Source: an uncultured bacterium (lineage in GTDB: Bacteria; Verrucomicrobiota; Verrucomicrobiia; Limisphaerales; UBA8199). Taken from it: a stretch of DNA of 64,000 nt. Under the pieces are notes generated by a model. That model made no database searches and had not been told where the DNA came from. It was given only the letters and a program-made list of their open reading frames with translations. The stretch lies in NCBI GenBank assembly GCA_963749495.1, contig CAVVMW010000030.1, forward strand, positions 128,001-192,000, in the 5' to 3' direction. The position numbers and the translations under genes were made by a program. Of the stretch, positions 54,672 through 64,000 are shown one piece after another. How positions within the stretch are numbered: position 1 is the first letter of the stretch; each line of letters starts with the position of its first letter.

Positions 54672-54731
54672 GCGGAGGGCGGAGGGCGGAGGGCGGAATG
54701 ACGAATGACGAATGACGAATGACGAATGACG
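54672..54731 (+). repeat. Heptamer arrays (GCGGAGG)3 and (AATGACG)5
   Basis: Directly visible. Confidence 0.9.
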
Positions 54732-54811
54732 AAAGCGGAGGGCAGAGGGGGCTGCACGTACGATTTGCTTGATTGTTGCCGGTCGTTTAACGCGTTCAAT
54801 GGTTCCAGCCA

Positions 54812-55087
54812 GTGCACTCGATAGCCAGATGGGAAGAGGTGCCGATCTTCGACAGCGAAGAGGCGGAGGCGGATTTTTGGGCGGAGAACAAGCCCGATTT
54901 GCGCCTGATGGAGACGGCGGTGGCCGGCAGTGCGGAGACGTTCGAGTCAGTGACCATCACGTTGCGGATGGACCCGCGGATGCTGGGCCGGATCAAGCGG
55001 TTGGCCCGTTCGAGGTATCTGAACTACCAGAGCATGATAAAACAATGGCTGAGCGAACGGATGGAAGATGAATTGCGGGAGCGGTGA
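54812..55087 (+). CDS. BrnA/CopG-like RHH antitoxin
   Basis: VP.FDSEEAEADFW, SVTITLRMD....IK.LA....NYQSMIKQWL. Confidence 0.75.
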   Translation: MHSIARWEEVPIFDSEEAEADFWAENKPDLRLMETAVAGSAETFESVTITLRMDPRMLGRIKRLARSRYLNYQSMIKQWLSERMEDELRER

Positions 55088-55165
55088 GGGGCGGGGGAAT
55101 GACGAATGACGAAAGCGCCATGCGGGAACGCGGAACCTGGAATGAAGATGTCGAGACTTGGATTT

Positions 55166-56026
55166 ATGAACTTGGACAACATGAGAGAGTCAGGCTGGGA
55201 CTGCGCTAAGCTTTTGGGTCCGCCAGGGCAGGAGGACGCCCCCGGCCAATTCCGAATTCGTCATTCGTCATTCGTCATTCGTCATTTCGCGCCCCGCGCG
55301 TTTACGCTCATCGAGATGCTCACCGTGATTGCAGTGATCAGCGTGCTGGCGGCGATGATCTTCCCGGTCACCAAGGCCATCAACCGCACCAAGATCCGGA
55401 GCCGGTTGCGAACGGAGATGGAGCAGTTGACCACCGCGATCGACCTCTATAAAGCCAAACTCGGGCATTATCCGCCGGACAATCACTTCCAGAACAGCGT
55501 TTTCTTCAATCCCTACCTCAACCAGCTCTACTACGAATTGGCAGGGACAATCCTGACCAATAACCCTCCAAATTCTGCCAACGCCGTTTATGCCACGATG
55601 GACGGTCGAAGCCAGCTTCACCAGGCGGCGATGACGAGACCGCCTCTGAACCTCGGTGTCTCCGGGTTTGCGAATTCTTCGACTCCCGCCAGCGCGGAGG
55701 AAGGCTCGACGGCGGTGGATTGCCTGAAGGGGACGTTGCGAGCAGACCAGCTCGCCGACGCGTTCCCCGGCGCCGACGCGGGCAATGGCTTCAAAGTCAT
55801 CGTCGGCTCGATTCCGCTGCCGCCCCGCCTGGCGCCCCCCAATCCTGCCTACCCGGGCGCCTATCTTGGCCCTGCTGGCGGGTATTATTGCGCCTGGCGG
55901 TACAATTCCTCCAACCCAACCTATAACCCGAGCGCCTACGACCTCTGGATTAACGTCGTCATCGATGGGAGGACCAATCGCATTTGCAACTGGAGCCGCG
56001 ACCCGGTGGTCGTCAACGCCCCATAG
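55166..56026 (+). CDS. Type IV prepilin/T2SS pseudopilin-like protein
   Basis: RA/FTLIEMLTVIAVISVLA cleavage-methylation motif; GspG-like AIDLYKAKLGHYP. Confidence 0.88.
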   Translation: MNLDNMRESGWDCAKLLGPPGQEDAPGQFRIRHSSFVIRHFAPRAFTLIEMLTVIAVISVLAAMIFPVTKAINRTKIRSRLRTEMEQLTTAIDLYKAKLGHYPPDNHFQNSVFFNPYLNQLYYELAGTILTNNPPNSANAVYATMDGRSQLHQAAMTRPPLNLGVSGFANSSTPASAEEGSTAVDCLKGTLRADQLADAFPGADAGNGFKVIVGSIPLPPRLAPPNPAYPGAYLGPAGGYYCAWRYNSSNPTYNPSAYDLWINVVIDGRTNRICNWSRDPVVVNAP

Positions 56027-56159
56027 CACAACCGCCATAGGCGTCCTTATGAAGCCATATAACCCAAACCTGATCCCGATCGCCTGGCGGAACTGCACCT
56101 GGTGCCCAATGGTCCGAGTCCTGCCGTGCCCCGAACACTCCCGTCCGTCCTCCCAACCT

Positions 56160-57050
56160 ATGAAAAACAGCCTCTTTTGCTCTTCCTGCCCGATTTCCAC
56201 CGGGCGACAACTGACGAACGGCGGGTCGCGGAGCGCGCCGCGCACCCCGCGCGCCCAGGGCCGGTCCCGCCGCGGGTTCACGCTGATCGAACTCCTGGTG
56301 GTCATTGCCATTATCGGCATCCTGGCGGCGTTTCTCATGCCCGCCCTGGCGAGGGCCAAGGTCTCGGCGCAAAAGCAGAAGGCCAGGATCGAGATGGCCG
56401 AGATTGTGCAGGCGGTCAACAGCTACGAATCGGCCTACAGCCGCCTGCCGGTCTCGACCAAAGTCCTCCAGGACAAGGGAGCCGCTACGGAGGACTTCAC
56501 TTACGGCACCTTTGGCTTGCCGGCGAACCCCAAGAACCAGATTTTCGATATGGCCACCGGCGCCGCCGCCGCCGCCAGCATTACCTCGCTCGGCTATAGC
56601 TACCAGACGAACAATTCCGAGGTCATCGCCATTCTCATGGACAAGGAGATGTTCCCCAACGGCACGCCGACCGTCAACGCGGGCCATGTGAAGAACCCGC
56701 AGAAGACCTCGTTCCTGAACGCGGCGATGGGCAGCGACCAGGTCACACCGGGCGTCGGCTCGGACCTGGTCTATCGCGACCCGTGGGGGTGCCCATACAT
56801 CATGTCGTTCGACATAAACAATGACGACAAGACTCGAGATGCCGTCTATCGCAGGGCCCTCGTTTCGTCGCAGAACCAAAGCCCAACGGTTGGTTGGTGG
56901 GGGTTGGCCAATTCCCAGGGCAAAGGCGATTTCTTCGAGCTCAGCGGCCATGTGATGGTCTGGTCCGCCGGCCCGGACAGGAAGATCCACAGCGGGCTGC
57001 CCGCAAACGTGGGCGTCAATAAAGACAATATCCTGAGCTGGAGGCCGTAG
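56160..57050 (+). CDS. Type IV prepilin/T2SS pseudopilin-like protein (GspG-like)
   Basis: RG/FTLIELLVVIAIIGILA; DPWGCPY; VWSAGPD; DNILSW. Confidence 0.9.
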   Translation: MKNSLFCSSCPISTGRQLTNGGSRSAPRTPRAQGRSRRGFTLIELLVVIAIIGILAAFLMPALARAKVSAQKQKARIEMAEIVQAVNSYESAYSRLPVSTKVLQDKGAATEDFTYGTFGLPANPKNQIFDMATGAAAAASITSLGYSYQTNNSEVIAILMDKEMFPNGTPTVNAGHVKNPQKTSFLNAAMGSDQVTPGVGSDLVYRDPWGCPYIMSFDINNDDKTRDAVYRRALVSSQNQSPTVGWWGLANSQGKGDFFELSGHVMVWSAGPDRKIHSGLPANVGVNKDNILSWRP

Positions 57051-57058
57051 CAACGACA

Positions 57059-57121
57059 AATGACGAATGACGAATGACGAATGACGAATGACGAATGACG
57101 AATGACGAATGACGAATGACG
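57059..57121 (+). repeat. (AATGACG)9 array
   Basis: Nine perfect units. Confidence 0.95.
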
Positions 57122-57167
57122 ATGCGGTAATGCGGAACCTGAAATGAAGAATTTGAGACTCTGATCT

Positions 57168-58244
57168 ATGAACTTGGACAACATGAAACAGTCAGGCTCG
57201 GGCTGCGGCATGCGCTTGGGTCCGCCCTCACGGGAGCACGCGCCGGACGCCCTCCCCATTCGTCATTCGTCATTCGTCATTCGTCATTTGCCATTCCGCA
57301 TTCGTCATTCGTCATTCGTCATTCGTCATTTGCCATCCCGCATTCGTCATTCGTCATTCGTCATTCGTCATTTGCCCCTCCGCATTCGTCATTTCGCGCT
57401 TCGCGCGTTCACTCTCATCGAGATGCTGACGGTGATCGCGATCATCGGCATCCTGGCGGCGATCATTGGCCCCAGCCTCGGGCATTTCAAGCCCGACATC
57501 ACCGCAGCGGCCACGCAGCAATTGCTGGGGGACATCGGCCGGGCCCGCCAACTGGCGATCAGCCAGCACACGACCGTCTATATGGTCTTCGTGCCGCCGG
57601 GCTTTATGCAGGACACGGCCTGCAGCAGCCTGTGGAACTCTCAGGTGACCCGCCCGGAGTGGGCCAAGTGCCTGCCGCTGCTGGACAAGCAGTTGACCGG
57701 CTACAATTTCGTCTCGCTCCGCAGCGTGGGCGATCAGCCCGGCCAGCACAACGCCCGCTACTGGTCTTCGTGGAAGACCCTGCCCGAGGGCGTCTTCATC
57801 TGCACCAATAAATTCAAATTCGACCCCACCAGCCCCACCAACCAGTTCTTCTTCGCCATCTACACGAACACACCGGGCGCGGTGAACAGCATCGCCCAAT
57901 ACATGACCGTCGCTGCGTTCAACCGCACGATAGCCATCCCCTTTCCCAGCGAGCTGACGCCGGCGCTGGGGCAGCGCTGGGCAAGGCTGCCCTACATCGC
58001 CTTCAATTACCTGGGCCAGCTCGTGGATGACTCGGGAAACCTGCGGTCTCTTGACGAGGCCATTCCCCTGGCCAAGGGCAGCGTGGTGTATCCGCACGAT
58101 GCGGCCACGCGGACGAACAACCCGGCCGGTCTGCCCAGCGCCATCGAGGCGCCCGCCGGCAACAGCACGACCAACAGCTTCAACCTGGTCTGCATCGATA
58201 GGCTCACCGGGCGCACGTATGTCAGACGCCAAGACGTGAAGTGA
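57168..58244 (+). CDS. Prepilin, GspH/FimT-like (Verru_Chthon cassette D-like)
   Basis: RA/FTLIEMLTVIAIIGILA; ARQLAISQHTTVYMVF; IDRLTGR. Confidence 0.88.
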   Translation: MNLDNMKQSGSGCGMRLGPPSREHAPDALPIRHSSFVIRHLPFRIRHSSFVIRHLPSRIRHSSFVIRHLPLRIRHFALRAFTLIEMLTVIAIIGILAAIIGPSLGHFKPDITAAATQQLLGDIGRARQLAISQHTTVYMVFVPPGFMQDTACSSLWNSQVTRPEWAKCLPLLDKQLTGYNFVSLRSVGDQPGQHNARYWSSWKTLPEGVFICTNKFKFDPTSPTNQFFFAIYTNTPGAVNSIAQYMTVAAFNRTIAIPFPSELTPALGQRWARLPYIAFNYLGQLVDDSGNLRSLDEAIPLAKGSVVYPHDAATRTNNPAGLPSAIEAPAGNSTTNSFNLVCIDRLTGRTYVRRQDVK

Positions 58245-58248
58245 GGGG

Positions 58249-58297
58249 AATGACGAATGACGAATGACGAATGACGAATGACGAATGACGAATGAGG
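58249..58297 (+). repeat. (AATGACG)6 array plus one variant unit
   Basis: Directly visible. Confidence 0.95.
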
Positions 58298-58351
58298 AAA
58301 GCGGAATGCGGTGATGCGGAACCTGGAATGAAGAATTTGAAACTCTGATCT

Positions 58352-59456
58352 ATGAACTTGGACAACATCAGGCAGTCAGGCTCGGACTGCGGCATGCGCT
58401 TGGGTCCGCCCTCCTGGGCGCGCGCTCCCGGCAACTTCCGCATTCGTCATTCGTCATTCGTCATTCGTCATTTGCCACCCCGCATTCGTCATTCGTCATT
58501 CGTCATTCGTCATTCGCCCCCGCGTGCCTGCCGGGCATTTACCATGATCGAGATCGCCCTGAGCCTGGGGATCATTGCGTTTGCGCTGGTGGCCATCATT
58601 GGCATCCTGCCCTACAGCATGGGGGTGCAGCGGGAGAACCGCGAGGGGACCATCATCAACCAGGAGGCCAGCATTCTGGAGAACGCCATCCGCAACGGAG
58701 CGCAGGGCATGGACGACCTCACCAACTATGTTGTGGCGATCACCAATACGCAAACGGTGTTTCCCGCCATCGGCAAACCCACCACCACGGTCTTTGGTTA
58801 CACCCAGACCAGTTCCACCTCCGGCCCGTCGCCGCAATCGCAGCAGCCGATGAGCCCGCCGTTCCTCCTCAACAATGGCTTCCGCATCGTTGGCCTGCTG
58901 AGCACGCCCAAATACTGGCCCATCTTCGTGCAGACCAAGCAAGGCCAGCAATTCCTTGGCTCTTACAGCAACCATATCGTGGCAACCGTCCGGTCCATGA
59001 GCGGCTCCGCGGGCGACAAGGCGCCCCAGCTCAATGCGTCAGTCCTGGACATGGCCTTTGCCTACCGGGTGATCTGCGAGGTGATCCCCTACGGCGCGCA
59101 CTTCTGGGCGCCCGACAGTCCCTACGAGAGCAGCGCCTGGGACCTCTCCTGGACCAACTACCTGGATCCCTACCTGCGCGGCGACCATGGCACGCAGGTA
59201 CGGGGCGATCGCCGCCCTATTCATGAACTTCAGGACGGCCACCAACCTGCAAGCCGACCTCAATGATGTGCGTCTGCTGTTCCGCTGGCCGGCCTTGCCC
59301 AACGGCAAACTCGGCAACGGGCGGCTGCTGGTCCGCAGTGCCACCTCGGGACCGCTCCAGCCGTTCGTCGAACCGGGTTTCGCCGCTGTCCCATCGCAGC
59401 CCCAGCCTTACACCCTCTATTTCGTCCAACCCAATACCTTTGTGAGGGCGCAGTGA
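58352..59456 (+). CDS. Prepilin, PilV/GspI-like (Verru_Chthon cassette B-like); frameshift near 59190
   Basis: RA/FTMIEIALSLGIIAFALVAIIGILP; continues in ORF 59187..59456 (L.DVRLLFRWP). Confidence 0.82.
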
Positions 59457-60514
59457 AAACGATCATTCGTCATTCGTCATTCGTCATTCGTCATTCCGCG
59501 CAGCGGGCCTTCTCTCTGGTCGAGATCCTGGTCACGGTGGCGCTGCTGTCGTTCATCGTGCTGGGTTTGGTGGCGATGTTCGGGCAGACGCAGCGGGCGT
59601 TTCGGCAGAGCTTGACGGACGTGGACACGCTGGAGAACGGGCGGGCGGTGATGGACATGCTGGCCCGCGGCGTGGCGGAGGCCACGCCCGCCAATGTATT
59701 CAACGCGGTGAACTTCTACGTCGAGTACCCGGTGCCCGCCGAAGGGATCTACACGCCGCTCCTGGTGCAGGGCCTGCCCGGCGCGATTCCTCCCACGGCG
59801 CCCCAGACCCGCACGAGCTACCTCCAGCCGTTCTTCTTCCTGAGCCACCCCGACCAGCGGTGGCCCGACCGGACGTGGGTCGGGACGGGGTATTATGTGG
59901 TGCCGGATGTGACCGGCGCGAACGGCGTGGGCGTGGGCACCCTTTACCGCTACACGGCCACCAACCTGGCCCCGTCGGTGACCGCTCCCCCGCTTGGCAA
60001 CGTCCTGCCGCCGGGTGTTCTGCTCAATTCCTTCGTGACCGCGCTCATGACCCGGCGGACCGATACTTCGCCCGCGTTTCAGGCCGCGCCGATTTCGACG
60101 GTGACGCGCGTGGCGGACGGTATCGTGAGTTTGCGCGTTCGGTTGTTCGCCACTAACGGTTTCCCCATTGTGAGCGACCTCGATCCCCAACTCTACGGTT
60201 ACACCGCGTTCGGGGTCCCCACCAACACCGGGGCTGCCCTGCTGAGGTATGCGCGGCCCATCCTGGAAGCGAGTAATCACCTGAACCTGGCTTTCCCGGA
60301 ACGCTATGATCGGTGCTGGTTCCTCAGCAATGCCATGCCCGCCAGCGTGGAACTGGAGTTGGGCATTCTCGAGCCCCAGACCTATCAGCGCTACAGGGCC
60401 ATCGCCTCGGCCAACCCGGCCGCCGCCGGCCTGTTCCTGTCCAACCACGTTGCCCAGGTCCACCTCTTCCGCCAGCGCGTTCCCATCCCCAACGTTGATC
60501 CCTCCGCTTACTGA
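59453..60514 (+). CDS. Prepilin, PilW/GspJ-like (Verru_Chthon cassette C-like)
   Basis: RA/FSLVEILVTVALLSFIV; MPASVELEL. Confidence 0.86.
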   Translation: MKTIIRHSSFVIRHSAQRAFSLVEILVTVALLSFIVLGLVAMFGQTQRAFRQSLTDVDTLENGRAVMDMLARGVAEATPANVFNAVNFYVEYPVPAEGIYTPLLVQGLPGAIPPTAPQTRTSYLQPFFFLSHPDQRWPDRTWVGTGYYVVPDVTGANGVGVGTLYRYTATNLAPSVTAPPLGNVLPPGVLLNSFVTALMTRRTDTSPAFQAAPISTVTRVADGIVSLRVRLFATNGFPIVSDLDPQLYGYTAFGVPTNTGAALLRYARPILEASNHLNLAFPERYDRCWFLSNAMPASVELELGILEPQTYQRYRAIASANPAAAGLFLSNHVAQVHLFRQRVPIPNVDPSAY

Positions 60515-60522
60515 TTGATCCG

Positions 60523-63500
60523 ATGAAAAAGGCACAATTTCCAATTGGCGAGGGGCGGAGGTCCCTTCCCTCGACCCTCGACCCTCGGCCCTCCGCCGCG
60601 ATTTCCAGGCCAGGACGGGCCAGTGAAGTTGCCTGCCTTGGGACTCAGCCCCGCTCTTTCCAGCCATTGGACCACGAATGGCCCGGGTCCGTAGGAAAGA
60701 GCGGGGCCGCACTCCCGCTCAGCCTCGGTGACATCTGGTATCTTTGTCGAAACCTTTGTCGAAACCTTTGTCGAAAAGCGGCCCGGTTCGACACAGGTTG
60801 CGACAAAGGCTGCGACAAAGGTGGCAACGGCATCCAAAGTTCGCTGGACTCGAGCGGGGCTTTTGGGTCCTCGAGCGGCGTTGCGCTCGTCGTCACACTC
60901 ATCATGCTGGCCGTCATCACGTTCATGGCGGTCACGTTCCTGGTCCTGAGCCAGCGCCAGCGCAACAGCGTGGCCACCAGCGTCGAGCAGGCCGCCGCCT
61001 CCCATGTCACCGACATCGGCACGCGGCGCGCCATGGCCGAAGTCATGGCCGGCATCAAGGCCTCCTCCAATGCCGCCAACTTCGATTTGCGCGTCTCGAC
61101 CAACTACATCAGCCCATACGGTTTCAGCACCAGCCCCAGCAATTACACACGTCCGGCCAATGTCTCCTATGCTTACCCGAACGGCACCCCCGTCACGGGC
61201 AACGACTTCCTCCGCAACCTGGCCAACCTCCTCTACAGCCCCCGCCCGCCAGTCTATGTCAAGGTCTCGGGCACAAACGATTTCCGTTTTTACCTCGATC
61301 TGAACCGCAACGGCATCTATGACACCAACGGTTGGCTGGTCGAGCGCATCCAAAGCCCCCCCTACAACAGCCCGCCGGTCCTGCCGCCAGTGTTCAGCTA
61401 CTGGGTCGGCGACCCCGAATGGATCGGGGTGCTCGAGAGGCCCGATTATCCGCATTCCAGCACCAATTTCTTCATCGGCCGCTACGCCTACATTATCATC
61501 CCGGCCAGCAAAACCCTCGACCTGAACTGCATCCATAATTACACCAAGGCAAACCTTCCCGCCAGCAGCCTCCTTACGAGCATGGGCGGCTATGATGGCT
61601 TCTCCCGGAACCAGGGCGTCGGTTCCTGGGAAGACAACCTGGCGGCGTTCCTGGTGGATCTCAACACGAACCTGTGGCCGTACCATTCCGGGGACCCCAA
61701 ACCCTCCGGCACCATGCCCGATGGCCGGAGCCGCTACCCCTACACTTATTTCCCCGTCACCAGCGTTAACTACGTCACGGGCAACCGGGGCGATGCCTTC
61801 GACACCGCCCTGGCCCTCATGCGCTACCGCTATGGCCGGCAATACACCGCCGCCGCCAGCTTGCAGCCCGTCGTCGCCATCTTCGGCGCCCGCGGCATCA
61901 CTGGCTACTTCAACAATGGCGGCTTCGCCAACGATGGCTTCGACGATTTCGGCTGCGGCCCCATCATGACCAACACGGTGTGGCCCCTGGATCCCGATGT
62001 CGCGGGCGGCAGGCTGACCGCCAACTCCCCGTACCCCGGCGCGGATAATCCCTACCATTTCCTCACACCCCAGGATTACTTCAACCTCAACAAGAGCAGC
62101 CTGGGGGTGGCTCCCAACGCGGCCAACCTCAGCACCAACCTGCTCCTGGCCGGGCGCTTGACCAACAGTTTCTACGACCGCTACACCTTCTACCGCATGC
62201 TCCAGCAACTGGGCACCGATTCCGCCCCCGAGCCGCCCACGCGGCTCAACCTCAACTACGTGAACGTGGACCCGTGGGGCCATATTGTCCCCAACATGGC
62301 CACCAACTTCATCGCCTGGAGTCTTCCCGGCGGGACGACTCCTGTTCTGCTGGGCAACGGCCAGTCCTACGCCAACGGCGGGCCGGTCCAGTTCTTCACC
62401 AACGCCGCCATCCGTATGCTCGCCAACGCCGGCTACACGATCGGGCTCGGCCCCACCAACCTCCTCTACACCAACCTCAGCAACGGCGCGCTCAGCCTCC
62501 ACATCCAGGTTTGGCCCACCAACTTCTACACGCCCAGCGTTCACCGCCTCCTTCAGGTCGCCGCCAATATCTATGACGCCACGACGGCCAATCCGTTCCC
62601 GTCCGTGTTCCGCCCGGTCTTTACGAGATCAAACGACATTGTCAACGGCATCACCAGGACCGACTTCTACATCAGCGGCTACACCAATTCTGACGATGCC
62701 AGCCTGGGGGGCCGTGGCCCGGGCCCGACTCCAGCCATGCGCGATCTCAACGATCCGAGGCAACGCGCACTCTTGGGCCAAAACCTCAACGACATGGTCT
62801 ATGGCATCCCGGTCATCATCGGCGCCAAGAAGGGATTGCCCAACTTCAACGAGTTGGCGATGGAGACGATGATTCAGATGACGCGCAAGCTGGAATTCCG
62901 CCGGCCAACCCGGGCGCGAAGGTCAACGAGACCAACCAGATGCTCCTGCTGTGCATCTCGAACGTGTTCGGCATGGAGGCCTGGAATTCCTACCAGAGGC
63001 CATACACCAATGATTTGCGGATGATTGCGGTGGTGGACTCCTTCTCCACGGTCACCAACGAGCTGGGCACGGTTCTGATGAGCCGCCTGCTCACCACCAA
63101 CTCGACCACGGACATCCCGCACAACACCTGGCCCGGCTACATGGCCGCCGGCGCCTTCAAGGTCCCCTTCAACCCGGCAACCAACGGATTCATCTCGCTC
63201 AATGGCACTTACATGCCGACGACAGGCACCTTCTTCACTAACGGGCCGGTCTCGTTCGACAGCATGAGGGGCTCGGGATTCCCGGTCCCTCACTGGTGGC
63301 TCACCTTGCGAACGCGCGCCCGGTTCATCCTGGTGGACACGAGCGTGAACCGCATCATTGACTATGTGAACCTGGACTCGACCGAGCCGCCGGTGGACAT
63401 TACGGCCCTGGCGCTGACGAACGGGTTGTGCAACTTGACCTACACGCCCGACGGCAATCCCGGCAGCCTGTGGTGTACGAACCGGCGCGAGGCCTCCGTC

Positions 63501-64000
63501 TTCAGCCCCCCTTACGGAGTCCTGAACCAGATAGGCATCTCCATGGGCGACGTCACCCCGGACCTTGCCGGCGGCCGTTGGAACGATGCCAACGGGATTA
63601 GAAGCGGGACGCCCGACGCGATGAAGTTCTTTCGCGGCCAGTTCATCCCCGACCCGAGTGTGGTCACGAGCAACAGATTCTATGCCCCATTCGAGCCTAC
63701 GCGGACCATGTTCTATGAGACGTTCCTGGCAGGCCAATGACCCGCTGGTGCACTACACGATTGGCGACCTGATCAGCCCGGCACAGCAAACCAACCGCGT
63801 GCAAATGGATATGCGGGGGAACTTCTCCAGCGTCAACAACATCGGCCGCATCAACGGGCGTTACCAGCCCTGGGGCACGCCCCCGGGACAATCCTACTCC
63901 GGCAATTCCGAGGACGTTTGCAACCTGGCCCTCAAAGATCCGCAGGTAACGCGCTCCGACAACTGGGATTTCCCAACCAACAAGATGGCGAACCCCGGCT
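60523..64000 (+). CDS. Large PilX/GspK-like minor pilin (Verru_Chthon cassette A-like); frameshifts near 62905 and 63725; runs off the window
   Basis: G/VALVVTLIMLAVITFMAVTFL without E5; GRYAY; consecutive ORFs 60523..63024 and 62940..63740, then an open frame to the end. Confidence 0.8.
60708..60851. mobile_element. 144-bp MITE (12-mer core) inserted in frame in the prepilin leader
   Basis: Perfect 9-bp direct repeat GAGCGGGGC at 60699-60707 and 60852-60860; reverse complement aligns with 48010-48153. Confidence 0.8.

Noticed and set aside
55099..55209. Alternative-frame peptide MTNDESAMRERGTWNEDVETWIYELGQHERVRLGLR as a leader peptide or four-helix-bundle remnant
   Set aside because: It is not kept intact in all cassette copies (TGA in the 57150 copy), and the similarity is too weak to support.
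55098..64000. Diversity-generating retroelement or invertase shufflon acting on the pilins
   Set aside because: No reverse transcriptase, TR/VR pair or recombinase is visible in the window.

Overview
High-GC bacterial window whose gene content points to Verrucomicrobia subdivision 3 (Pedosphaerales/Limisphaerales-like); this taxonomy is an inference. It carries housekeeping genes (secA, glyQS, pdxJ, panB, panC, moaC, mog, hpnH, hpnJ, a PilT-family ATPase) and large secreted repeat proteins (GloVer/Ig, NHL/Ig, LamG/Ig/cohesin/dockerin) sharing a C-terminal 'FYR' module. It also has a YfhO, radical-SAM and methyltransferase group, an AAA ATPase plus small-partner pair inserted between hpnH and hpnJ, two toxin-antitoxin loci (one decayed) and a six-gene type IV prepilin/pseudopilin cluster at the right end. 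Intergenic space is dense with REP-like palindromes, MITE-like elements and period-7 tandem arrays. The main signal is in the prepilin cluster. Four of the six cleavable leader peptides are built from (ATTCGTC)4 blocks that always keep frame, three genes share a duplicated start cassette flanked by inverted heptamer arrays, and a fifth leader holds an in-frame 144-bp MITE with a 9-bp target duplication. Many single-base frameshifts, including two in the essential glyQS, are probably long-read assembly errors.
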